DNA from: Poseidonia sp.
GTDB taxonomy: Archaea > Thermoplasmatota > Poseidoniia > Poseidoniales > Poseidoniaceae
NCBI GenBank assembly: GCA_965661285.1
Contig: CBFIDD010000004.1
Coordinates: 133,788 to 197,787, forward strand
Reading direction: 5' to 3'
DNA: 64,000 nt
The notes below the pieces were generated by a model. It saw only the letters and a program-made list of their open reading frames with translations, was not told where the DNA came from and searched no databases. A program made the translations under genes and the position numbers. Shown here one piece after another: positions 21,318 to 30,358 of this stretch. Position 1 is the stretch's first letter. Each line of letters starts with the position of its first letter.

Positions 21318-22025
21318 ATGTCCATGCCGCGTAAAGCCATGCAGGAATTGGGTTTCCAAGCCTGTTGTTTACGCTGTGATGCGCCCGATGAGTCCGGTGT
21401 GGCACGATGTCCCCCGTGCATTCAACACCACAGGCAGGTCAGGGAGGTGTTGGCCTCTGCGCCCCCCGACGACCCGCTGTATCAACTCGCCAAAGAACTC
21501 ATGGCCATGGCGGCCGAGCCGCATCGCTACGATCACGATGAGGTTCACGGAAGTGCACTCATCGAGCAGCAACGACTCGCAGGCGCACTCGTTGGTGAAC
21601 GAGCCGCCCCGACCGCCGATGATATCAGTGAATTGTTTGAACAACAGCGAGCAAAACGGCAACACAATGCTCTCCAAGACATTGGCAATCGAAACCCTTG
21701 GAAAAACCGCCCTCCTGAAGCACAAGAAGCAAAACAACTTGCAGAGCACACATGGCAACTTCATGGCGAGGAGGCGGCCCACTACGGAGCACGTACCGTT
21801 CCCAGTAAACCCATTGCAAAGGTCGACAGAACCGAACGTAGCGGCGAAGATACGGCGCTCACGGACCGGATTCATGCGGCTGCAGCAGCCCAAGCCGAAC
21901 CCGATGAGGAGGCTGCTGAAATTTTCGAAGCGTTGGATTTCAACAAGCGTCAGGCAAAGCGTGCATCGCTCAAAGCCGCAATGAAAGAAGTCAAAGAATT
22001 GGTTGACGATGACCTCGAGTTTTGA
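21318..22025 (+). CDS. Hypothetical protein with N-terminal CxxC...CxxC zinc finger and helical C-terminus
   Basis: CLRC...CPPC followed by a charged helical region. Confidence 0.65.
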   Translation: MSMPRKAMQELGFQACCLRCDAPDESGVARCPPCIQHHRQVREVLASAPPDDPLYQLAKELMAMAAEPHRYDHDEVHGSALIEQQRLAGALVGERAAPTADDISELFEQQRAKRQHNALQDIGNRNPWKNRPPEAQEAKQLAEHTWQLHGEEAAHYGARTVPSKPIAKVDRTERSGEDTALTDRIHAAAAAQAEPDEEAAEIFEALDFNKRQAKRASLKAAMKEVKELVDDDLEF

Positions 22026-22787
22026 TCACATCACACGGTTCAGCGGTGAACGTGGTGCACGGGCTTCGTTCAGCGTGTAGCTGACACGTTGGGTTCCTTT
22101 CCCCTTGGATTTTTTCCCGAGCAAGGCAACATGACCGATTTCTCCAATGTTGCTCACGTGCGTGCCGGCACACGGACACATGTCAATGCGGTCGCCGATT
22201 TGCACGATACGTAATTCCTTCACGCTGGATGGAAGGAGATCCATGTTCGTTCGGTCTGCGGGCATGATCCCGTTGATTTCATCACGAGTCATAACCGCAT
22301 CCGTAACCTCGAGATTAGCGTCGATGCGGTCATTGGCCGCAGCGATCAGATCGTTGAGCATGGTCTCGTCAAAAGAGATGGGATTGAAATCAATCCGAGA
22401 ACGGTCAGCGTGGATTTGGTTACCCACCGTTCGAACACCATCGAACATCTCGTAGGCAAGACCGCTTACCAGATGCTGCGCCGTGTGCATCCGCATGTGA
22501 GCATAACGGGATTCCCAATCAATGGTACCTCGCACCTCATCGCCTACCGCAAGTTGGTGGTGTTCACCAACGGTATGCTGAACCGCTCCTCGCCCGCGAA
22601 CTTCGGACACAACAAGGCCGCCGTTTGGCCCCGCAAGCGTCCCGGTATCCCAATGCTGTCCTCCGCCGAGTGGGTAGAAGAGTGTCCTATCGAGAACGAC
22701 GGTGCTGTCTGTGATGTCGATCACGGTGGCGTCAAATTGCCGTGCATAGGCTGCTTCAATATCTCGCAGATACAACTTTTCGGTCAT
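22026..22787 (-). CDS. alaX: Alanyl-tRNA editing protein (AlaX-M type)
   Basis: LDRTLFYPLGGGQ..DTG, MRMHTAQH and CAGTHV motifs. Confidence 0.92.
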   Translation of the reverse strand: MTEKLYLRDIEAAYARQFDATVIDITDSTVVLDRTLFYPLGGGQHWDTGTLAGPNGGLVVSEVRGRGAVQHTVGEHHQLAVGDEVRGTIDWESRYAHMRMHTAQHLVSGLAYEMFDGVRTVGNQIHADRSRIDFNPISFDETMLNDLIAAANDRIDANLEVTDAVMTRDEINGIMPADRTNMDLLPSSVKELRIVQIGDRIDMCPCAGTHVSNIGEIGHVALLGKKSKGKGTQRVSYTLNEARAPRSPLNRVM

Positions 22788-22818
22788 GAATTTCCGCAAC
22801 CGTTGCGTCTGTATGAGA

Positions 22819-23916
22819 TTAACCGTTTTCTGGTGCAGGGGCCCCAGGTCCGAAATCCTCGAGCAAACCGACGTTCTTTTCGGCGGCGGCATCGATGATG
22901 ATAGCGGGTGTTTTCCATGCCACAGCGAGTGCGACCGTGGAATCCCACAGCGCACGAAGGAAACCGACTTCCTCGTATTCCCAACCGCGCTCTTCCGCAT
23001 ATTCTTTGACGATCGGCGCGGCCTTCGGCAGATTGAAGTGGGAAAGAGCGGGGAGCAGGTGGTGCTCGATTTGGTAGTCCAGACCTACGAAGAAGAACGA
23101 ACCAACGGGTCCGAGTTTGATACGACGCCCTGTCTCAATTTGAAGGCGCCAGTTCTCATCGTATTCCATCACGATGGGGCGACCAGCATGGCCGACGATG
23201 AAAATCGCCGTCAGGTACAGGCCGACAATGGCCCAGAGGATGACATAGAAGCCAACGGTGACCTGCCATGAGAGTCCGAGGAGGATGGGGAGTCCAAGCC
23301 AGAGGAAAAAGTGAGCACACATCAAGGATACATCGAGAAGGTACATCTTGGAGAACCGGTTTTTCTTCGCCTTGAAAGGCGCGGTGATGATGTACTTGAG
23401 ACCGTCATAGCGCATGAGGTGGCCAACAAGTGGCGTGATGATGGGCCAGAACACATAGGCCTGGAGGTACTTTTGGAAAAACCGACGGAGCGGGCCGCTT
23501 GTTTCGTATTCTTCTCGAGAGAACGTGAGGGGCCAAGAGTGAATGTCTGGATCCTTTTCCACGACGTTTGGATGTGCGTGGTGCTGCACGTTGTGTTTCT
23601 CCCGCCAGTAATTCATCGAAAGGCCTGAGAACAGTGGGAACGCAAGAGAGGCAAGGGTGATGTTTCCAGCCTTTGATTTGCAAGCTGAAGAGTGAACACC
23701 TTCGTGACCGATCATGGCAATCGTCGTGGTCACGAGCCCCGTGAGGGGGAGAAGTAGGAGACCCCACTTGAGTGGAAGCATGATGTGGGCGGCATACAGG
23801 AGGCCAACAACCACCAACAAGGCGATCAATTTGATCCATGACTTTGCGGTGGGTTTCTCGAGAAGTCCTTGTTCCTGCAATTTCTTGCGGAGTCCTGCCA
23901 TCGGATGTGCAGCCAT
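22819..23916 (-). CDS. Membrane fatty acid desaturase family protein
   Basis: Three His boxes HEGVH, HNVQHH and QIEHH; DPDI motif; TM helices. Confidence 0.88.
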   Translation of the reverse strand: MAAHPMAGLRKKLQEQGLLEKPTAKSWIKLIALLVVVGLLYAAHIMLPLKWGLLLLPLTGLVTTTIAMIGHEGVHSSACKSKAGNITLASLAFPLFSGLSMNYWREKHNVQHHAHPNVVEKDPDIHSWPLTFSREEYETSGPLRRFFQKYLQAYVFWPIITPLVGHLMRYDGLKYIITAPFKAKKNRFSKMYLLDVSLMCAHFFLWLGLPILLGLSWQVTVGFYVILWAIVGLYLTAIFIVGHAGRPIVMEYDENWRLQIETGRRIKLGPVGSFFFVGLDYQIEHHLLPALSHFNLPKAAPIVKEYAEERGWEYEEVGFLRALWDSTVALAVAWKTPAIIIDAAAEKNVGLLEDFGPGAPAPENG

Positions 23917-24004
23917 GTTCATCACCAACGCCAAGGCGTTTACAACCCTGCCAAAGCGTGCACCCTAAGAAAGTGGTGTTTCTAATCACACTTAATATCT
24001 AACT

Positions 24005-24721
24005 TTACACGAAATTCTTGATGAAGGCAAGAACACGATGAACAACGGCATCAAAGGAAAGATGAGTCCCATCTAACGGAAGAACAACCGAACACGTCTC
24101 GAAAAATCCTCGAGGTGGCGTCCATGTCATCTCGCCTTTCCACCACAATTCCGTCATACCGTCGCCGCGCTGGAGGTGGAGTTCTGTTGTGGGGGCGTCC
24201 TGTGCATCTTCAGTAAGCAAGGTGCCGCTCTTCCATAAGGCGGTGGTCAATACCGGAAATGCTTCAGGTTGATGCGGTGCAAGATTGTGATGTCGACGAC
24301 CTGGTCCTTGCGTCTCAGGTTGACTCATCAAAAGAACACGGTCAGCAACGAGATGCGTTGGTAAATCCCGTTCTGATGACGACAGTTCAACAGCATATTG
24401 GGTCTTCTGCTGCGTACAGGACAGGATACGTGTTCGCGTCAAACACATCACGCCTTTTCGAGCAACGTTCGCAGCAAGATGCTTCAGCACCCAATCCCAG
24501 CGGCAACCCCAACCGTGTTCACTTTGTGAAAGAAGGAGAAACGATTGCTGCTCTTCCGTCATGTAGGTCTCGAGCAGCGCCGGTTCGATAACGTAACCAG
24601 GGTGCATCACAGGAAGGCCGAGTTCAGCTTCAAGCTCAATCAGATAGACATCGTGTTCATTCTGTAAGTGATAGGCTAGGAGGAGTGCTTCGACGGTACC
24701 GCCGATGAGGACGATGATCAT
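24005..24721 (-). CDS. Degenerate FAD-Rossmann-fold protein resembling the N-terminal half of geranylgeranyl reductase
   Basis: IIVLIGG...VYLIE...LGLPV and W.LKHLA......G....TRTRI echo GGR patterns; the GxGxxG motif is altered. ATGA overlap with the ferredoxin gene. Confidence 0.45.
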   Translation of the reverse strand: MIIVLIGGTVEALLLAYHLQNEHDVYLIELEAELGLPVMHPGYVIEPALLETYMTEEQQSFLLLSQSEHGWGCRWDWVLKHLAANVARKGVMCLTRTRILSCTQQKTQYAVELSSSERDLPTHLVADRVLLMSQPETQGPGRRHHNLAPHQPEAFPVLTTALWKSGTLLTEDAQDAPTTELHLQRGDGMTELWWKGEMTWTPPRGFFETCSVVLPLDGTHLSFDAVVHRVLAFIKNFV

Positions 24722-24924
24722 GGAGACGCCACCGCTTTGATATCGAGTGCAAAGACCGGACATGATGGAATACAAAGACGGCAATGTGTACAATTTGGTT
24801 CATCAACGTAAATCATACGATCTTCCAACGTTAACACGTGCACTGGACATAATGCAATACAGGCGCCGCACCCAAAGCAACGATCTTCGTCGATCACGAA
24901 TTCATGTGAAGGAATTCGGGCCAT
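24718..24924 (-). CDS. 2[4Fe-4S] ferredoxin
   Basis: CFGCGACIALCP and CTHCRLCIPSCP. Confidence 0.93.
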   Translation of the reverse strand: MARIPSHEFVIDEDRCFGCGACIALCPVHVLTLEDRMIYVDEPNCTHCRLCIPSCPVFALDIKAVASP

Positions 24925-25017
24925 GACCTGTGGAAGAATTCACCGTTGAAGATTGCTTCGTATTGCAATTGAAACAAACTCAATATTTATCCTGTAAAGA
25001 ATGGGGTACATACGCTG

Positions 25018-25203
25018 ACCCCCTTATTTCCAGTGGAGACGGTTTTCGTGAAGGCAGAAATGATTGAGAAATCCAGAAGTAAAATCAAATTGAGAAATAC
25101 CCGTGAGATATGTTCGCGAGAAGCACTTCAACATATTGGAAAAATCTACATGAAATTTTAAACGCTCAGAAACAAAATTTCACTCCAGTGGAAATACAGG
25201 GGT
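25018..25203. other. Candidate archaeal replication origin: inverted ORB pair flanking an AT-rich unwinding element
   Basis: Minus strand 25018-25040 reads GTCTCCACTGGAAATAAGGGGGT; plus strand 25182-25203 reads ACTCCAGTGGAAATACAGGGGT. Both fit the ORB pattern TCCA-TGGAAA plus G-string. About 140 bp of AT-rich noncoding DNA lies between them. Confidence 0.75.
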
Positions 25204-25244
25204 ATCACCCACATCTTCATTGAAGAGAACTTCTTGGTAGAACC

Positions 25245-26561
25245 ATGGTGTTGTATGCCGCAGGTCGAACGTCAACTTATCCAGACGAACCTCCGACCTC
25301 AGGATTACGGTTTCATTATCTTGGTGGCGGTGACGAAGTCGGAAATGTTGGCATTGTTCTCGAGGATTCTCAGGGAACTCGCCTCCTGCTCGACTACGGT
25401 ATTGCACCAACATCGCCACCCCGTTATCCCAGTGAGGCTCCGGTGGTTCACGACGCTGTCATTACACATTCACACATTGACCATCTTGGCATGGCACCGT
25501 GGTTGTGTGCTCATCACAGGACTCGCCTGCACGGGACCATCATTACCGCACAATTATCGGACATGATGTGGCGTGATTGCTACAAGGTCAGTTCCATTGA
25601 ACGCTATCCGCTTGCATGGGATAAACGAGACATTGACACGGCTCTGGATTCCTGGTATGTCCATGATTTTGGCACACCCTGGAAACATCACGATTGGACA
25701 CTCACCCTTCACCCAGCAGGTCATATCCCAGGAGCGGCCATGCTCCACATCGAAACGCCAACAACGAGCGTACTGATGACGGGTGATTTTGACACGCGAG
25801 ATTCCCCTCTCGTTTCGGGAGCTCAACCGGTTCAAGCGGACATCCTGTTTGTTGAGGGTACATACGGTGGCCGGGACCATCCACCGAAAGAAGAAGAGGT
25901 CGACCGGTTTATTCAGGCCGTAGCGGATGTTGTTCGTCAAGGCGGAACGGTTCTCGTTCCTGCGTTTGCGAACGGCCGAACGCAGGATATGGTTATGCTG
26001 CTGCATCGCCATCTTCCCAACCTCAACGTCCATGTTGACGGCATGGGCAAGCGCGTGGCCAAAACCCATCTTGACCATCCATCTTTGTTGCGCGACGCGA
26101 AATCCCTTCAGCGTGCCTGGCGTTGGGCAAAACAGGTGTCAAGCAAGTCCGACCGCAAGAAAGCCCTTCACGCCGATGTGATCGTCACCACATCAGGTAT
26201 GTTGGAAGGAGGACCGGCTCTTTGGTACCTGAACCGTCTGCGCCACGATGCAAAAAATTCAGTGTTCTTCACAGGCTATCAAGCACGGGACACCGGCGGG
26301 CGATCATTGATTGAGGAAGGGGCACTCAACATTTACGGGCAACGCGTCCACATCGATTTACCCATCCAGCAATTTTCGTTTTCGACGCATGCCGGCCATC
26401 AAGAAATCGTGGATTTTGCTAAGGCTTGCAAAGCAAAACACGTCGTTGTTTACCACACCGACCCGAACCACGCTCGACCACCGCTGGTTGAAGCACTTTC
26501 ACAACAAGGCCATACGGTTCACGAACCGAAGAACGGTGAATCGTACATCATCGATGTCTAA
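25245..26561 (+). CDS. beta-CASP metallo-beta-lactamase ribonuclease (aCPSF2-like, no KH domains)
   Basis: LGGGDEVG, THSHIDH, AGHIPGAA, EGTYG, SGMLEGGP, GYQA and STHAG motifs. Confidence 0.88.
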   Translation: MVLYAAGRTSTYPDEPPTSGLRFHYLGGGDEVGNVGIVLEDSQGTRLLLDYGIAPTSPPRYPSEAPVVHDAVITHSHIDHLGMAPWLCAHHRTRLHGTIITAQLSDMMWRDCYKVSSIERYPLAWDKRDIDTALDSWYVHDFGTPWKHHDWTLTLHPAGHIPGAAMLHIETPTTSVLMTGDFDTRDSPLVSGAQPVQADILFVEGTYGGRDHPPKEEEVDRFIQAVADVVRQGGTVLVPAFANGRTQDMVMLLHRHLPNLNVHVDGMGKRVAKTHLDHPSLLRDAKSLQRAWRWAKQVSSKSDRKKALHADVIVTTSGMLEGGPALWYLNRLRHDAKNSVFFTGYQARDTGGRSLIEEGALNIYGQRVHIDLPIQQFSFSTHAGHQEIVDFAKACKAKHVVVYHTDPNHARPPLVEALSQQGHTVHEPKNGESYIIDV

Positions 26562-26629
26562 TCCTCCCTTTGGAATGGAGACTGGCCGAGAAGGCGAAGT
26601 CATTGAATACACCAACACCCAGCGACATC

Positions 26630-26929
26630 ATGAGTCCCATGGCAGCGAAGCGACCCGCAAAGAAAAAAGGCAAGCGCAAGCGAAAGATGCGACTCTCGCT
26701 GCGCCAGTCCAAGTTGAGCGCTGAAAAGGACAAGTATTCAGATTCCCTTGGCTGGTCCACCGATGTCGGTCGAACCTTGACCGATGCACCCAAACCCACC
26801 GGCCCGGAAACCATCAAGGTTCAATGCGAAATGTGCGGTTCAATGTTGAAAATTCCAAAACCAAAACGCTCCCGATACAGCGTTTCGTGCACGTACCCCG
26901 AGTGCGGCCACGTCATGAATTTCGATTGA
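26630..26929 (+). CDS. Small basic protein with C-terminal zinc ribbon
   Basis: K/R-rich N-terminus; CEMC...CTYPEC. Confidence 0.65.
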   Translation: MSPMAAKRPAKKKGKRKRKMRLSLRQSKLSAEKDKYSDSLGWSTDVGRTLTDAPKPTGPETIKVQCEMCGSMLKIPKPKRSRYSVSCTYPECGHVMNFD

Positions 26930-26930
26930 A

Positions 26931-27743
26931 ATGCGATTCAGGGCACTGCTTGTAGCGCTGCTGTTCATCCCCTTCTCGGGTTGTCTTTCAAGCGATGAGG
27001 TCTCGACCACGGCCTTCCGTTTGGGAACCACCACTTCCATGCGCGATTCGGGTCTTCTCGATGTGCTGGTTGAAGAATTTGAGAACATGCACCAAACCGA
27101 GGTTGAATATGTCGCCGTGGGCACGGGGGCGGCCTTGCAACTCGGTCGAACCGCTGATGTCGACGCCCTCATTGTCCATGCTCCAGAACAAGAAGCACAC
27201 TTCGTAGAAGCCGGTTTTGCAGAGGAGCGCATACCTTTTGCGTACAACGCCTTTGTTCTCCTTTCTCCAGTGGTCTTGAACGGGTCGCTCTTCGAAGCCT
27301 TTGCAACCATTGTGGACGAGGAGCAGTGTTTTGTGTCTCGTGGCGATGATTCGGGAACGCACTTGAAGGAACAAGCGATTTGGCAGCATTTGAACGAAAC
27401 ACAGAACCTCGAAGTGGTTGAGGATTCAAATGGCCTTCATCCGGTCGGCGATTGGTATCTTTCCATCGGACAAGGGATGGGCGCAGCGATCAACATGGCG
27501 GATGAAAAGGGATGTGCGACGCTCTCGGACCGAGGAACTGCGCTTCAATTTCAAACACAAATCGACCTCAAGCGATCTGAGTTCAACGATACCATGGTCG
27601 TCAATCCCTACACCTATCTCATCGTTTCACAAACCAACAAATCCGCAGCTCATGATTTCCAGCACTACCTCCTCCAAGGAGGTCGGCACACCATTGCGAA
27701 TTACACCATCAACGGCGAGGCGGCCTTTTTCGTCTATGACTGA
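26931..27743 (+). CDS. tupA: Tungstate ABC transporter substrate-binding lipoprotein
   Basis: FSGC lipobox; TTTS..DSGLL, GTG.AL..G, FVSRGDDSGTH.KE and GQGMG are TupA signatures. Confidence 0.9.
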   Translation: MRFRALLVALLFIPFSGCLSSDEVSTTAFRLGTTTSMRDSGLLDVLVEEFENMHQTEVEYVAVGTGAALQLGRTADVDALIVHAPEQEAHFVEAGFAEERIPFAYNAFVLLSPVVLNGSLFEAFATIVDEEQCFVSRGDDSGTHLKEQAIWQHLNETQNLEVVEDSNGLHPVGDWYLSIGQGMGAAINMADEKGCATLSDRGTALQFQTQIDLKRSEFNDTMVVNPYTYLIVSQTNKSAAHDFQHYLLQGGRHTIANYTINGEAAFFVYD

Positions 27744-29068
27744 TCAATGTATTCGCCCTTCAACAACGAAACGGCAAACGGGTCATCATCCGACAGTCGT
27801 TTTCCTTCTCGAAGCACGATCAACCTGTCCGCCAATCGATGGGCTTGGGGAATGTTGTGTGTCACCATAACAATGCACGTGCCGCCCGCCCTCAATCGGA
27901 GCAATTCCTGTTCAATGGTTTGAACATGGGACCAACCTAAATTCGAGGTGCATTCGTCCAACAACAGCAAGGCGGGCGCCATGGAGAAATGGCGTGCAAG
28001 CACCGCTCGCTGACGTTCGCCACCCGATAACCGGTCAGCCCGCTGTTGGGAGGCGTTGTCGAGTTGAAACAGTTCGGCATAGGCCTGACCAGACGGCATC
28101 AAATCTGGGAAAAGGCGAGAGGATAACATAAGTTCAGCAGCGATGGAACCGGTGAGAAGAACGGGTTGTTGTTGAACATAGACGCACGCTCCTGGCCCAC
28201 ATTTGACGTCGTGTTGTTCCAATCCAGCGAGGGACTTCAACAACGTCGTTTTTCCGGCACCCGATTCCCCAACCACGACCGTGATGGTCCCCGGCTCAAG
28301 GACCATGGACACGTTCTCAACAACACGACGTCCGCCTTTTTCGATGTCGATGGTTTTCTCTTGGGTGGGCCCGAATGCGGTTGGTGCAGGAAGTTGGTCA
28401 CCGGATAAGGCGATTTTTGCCGTTGTTCTTCGTTGCCGAACAACAGCGGCCAGGGCCACCAAACTCAACGAAAGGGCGAGCAACAAGACGCCCAGAAGAG
28501 CGGCCTGTTCCATGTTGCCTTTGGATGTCTCGAGGACGATACTCGTCGTCATGACGCGTGTTTTTCCCGCGATATTTCCACCAACCATGATGACCGCTCC
28601 CACCTCAGCAATCGCTCGTCCAAAGGCGATGACAATGGCGTGGTACACCCCGTTGCTTGCGAGGCGTATTTCCATTCCCAGCCGCTGTCGTTGATTGATC
28701 CCCAGTGTGGAAAGGGTATCGCTGTATGCCTCTCCAACGCCCTCAAACGCCGTCCATGCACCGCCCCAAACCAGCGGTAAAATCAGGCATGTTTGAGCAA
28801 ACACCATGGCTTCAATGGTGAACAATAAATCCAGCGATCCCAACGCGCCCGATTTTGAAAAAAGCGAATACACGAAAACACCAACCACCACGGGTGGGAG
28901 GCCGTAAAGCGCGGTAATGACGGTCTTCAAACGCTGAAATTGTACGCTGGTTTGTCGGGCACACCACGCACCCAACGGAACCCCGAGGAGGGTAGCGAGC
29001 ACCGTGGCCGTACCGCTCGTCATGAAGGTGGTTTGGATGGCTTGACCGAGTGCCACACCGTCAACCAT
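27734..29068 (-). CDS. Fused tungstate ABC permease and ATPase (TupB-TupC)
   Basis: N-half LPPVVVG and FGRAIAEVGAVIMVGGNIAGKTRVMTT (TupB); C-half GESGAGKT, LSGGE, LLLDE, VTH. Confidence 0.85.
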   Translation of the reverse strand: MVDGVALGQAIQTTFMTSGTATVLATLLGVPLGAWCARQTSVQFQRLKTVITALYGLPPVVVGVFVYSLFSKSGALGSLDLLFTIEAMVFAQTCLILPLVWGGAWTAFEGVGEAYSDTLSTLGINQRQRLGMEIRLASNGVYHAIVIAFGRAIAEVGAVIMVGGNIAGKTRVMTTSIVLETSKGNMEQAALLGVLLLALSLSLVALAAVVRQRRTTAKIALSGDQLPAPTAFGPTQEKTIDIEKGGRRVVENVSMVLEPGTITVVVGESGAGKTTLLKSLAGLEQHDVKCGPGACVYVQQQPVLLTGSIAAELMLSSRLFPDLMPSGQAYAELFQLDNASQQRADRLSGGERQRAVLARHFSMAPALLLLDECTSNLGWSHVQTIEQELLRLRAGGTCIVMVTHNIPQAHRLADRLIVLREGKRLSDDDPFAVSLLKGEYIDQS

Positions 29069-29144
29069 GACCGTGCATTGAACCCCCCTCCATCATTCTA
29101 CCGTTGACCCACATGCTCAAACATCACGCCTTCATGGCGTTGTC

Positions 29145-30350
29145 ATGGATGACCTGCCCTACTTCATTTCAGTTGAGGAAGCGAGGGCGATTTGTAACGC
29201 CGTTTCCTTGGAAGTTGGTATTCAACACCTTCCGCTGGACCGGTGTGCCGGGCGCGTCTTGGCGCAAGATTTGGCCAGTAAGGTGGACGACCCACCGTTC
29301 GACAACTCGGCCATGGACGGCTTTGCTTGCAGGTTTGACGCATCGGCCACCTATCCGCTTTCATTGAACATCATCGGCGTGCAGGCGGCAACAGGCGAGA
29401 ACGAAACCCATCATGTCAGCGAAGACCAAGCCGTCCGTATCATGACCGGTGCTCCGATGCCACCGGGAGCAGATGCGATTCTTCCTATCGAGCGCTGCGA
29501 GGTAGAAGGCGATAACGTTCATTTTCTTGAGGCCCCCAAACCTCACTTTGTTCGAAAACAAGGTGAGAACTTAACCAAAGGAAACGTGGCCTTGACGAAG
29601 GGGCAACGACTCACCCCTTCACGCATCGGTCTCTGCGCTACGATGGGTTACGCCATCGTCCCTGTCTTTTGTCGACTCAAGGTGGCCATCGTTTCGACGG
29701 GAGATGAACTCAAATCACCGGGTGAACCGCTCAAGCATGGCGAAATCTACGAATCAAATTCATTCGGTCTGGCAGGCTTGGTGGAGTGGGCGGGTCATGA
29801 ACCCGTCCGGTTCCCCGCCGTTGCCGATTCAATGGCCTCGCTTCGTGACACGCTGAATGAAGCGGCCAAAACGTGCGACCTTGTGCTCACCTCCGGGGGC
29901 GTATCCATGGGAGAATTTGACTTCGTTCGCCGAATCATGGAGGAAGAAGGCGAACTTCATTTTTGGCGGATGAAAATTCGACCCGGCTCACCACCGTTGT
30001 TTGGCCTGTGGAACAGCACACCGCTTTTCGGACTGCCCGGAAATCCCGTTTCCAGTCATGTGGTGTTCCGGATGTTGGTTGCGCCCTACCTTCGACAAGC
30101 CTTGTCAACCGATGCGCCCAAGGAATGGAAGGTGCGAGCCAAGCTTTGCGATCCGGTGAAGTCCACCCGTGACTGCATGACACTCCGGCGCGTCACCTTG
30201 GTTTCAACCGATGAAGGTATGATGGCTCACCAACCTCGCCACCAAGGTTCAGGCAACATTGAGAGCCTCGCCAGTGCTGACGGACTAACCCTCTTGCAAC
30301 CCGGTCAATCCGGTGAAGTGGGTTCGTGGATTGACGTGCTTGTGTTGTAG
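29145..30350 (+). CDS. moeA: Molybdopterin molybdenum/tungsten transferase
   Basis: PPFDNSAMDGFA, IMTGAPMP.GAD, STGDEL, SGGVSMG and GLPGNPVS motifs. Confidence 0.95.
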   Translation: MDDLPYFISVEEARAICNAVSLEVGIQHLPLDRCAGRVLAQDLASKVDDPPFDNSAMDGFACRFDASATYPLSLNIIGVQAATGENETHHVSEDQAVRIMTGAPMPPGADAILPIERCEVEGDNVHFLEAPKPHFVRKQGENLTKGNVALTKGQRLTPSRIGLCATMGYAIVPVFCRLKVAIVSTGDELKSPGEPLKHGEIYESNSFGLAGLVEWAGHEPVRFPAVADSMASLRDTLNEAAKTCDLVLTSGGVSMGEFDFVRRIMEEEGELHFWRMKIRPGSPPLFGLWNSTPLFGLPGNPVSSHVVFRMLVAPYLRQALSTDAPKEWKVRAKLCDPVKSTRDCMTLRRVTLVSTDEGMMAHQPRHQGSGNIESLASADGLTLLQPGQSGEVGSWIDVLVL

Positions 30351-30358
30351 GTGGTATC

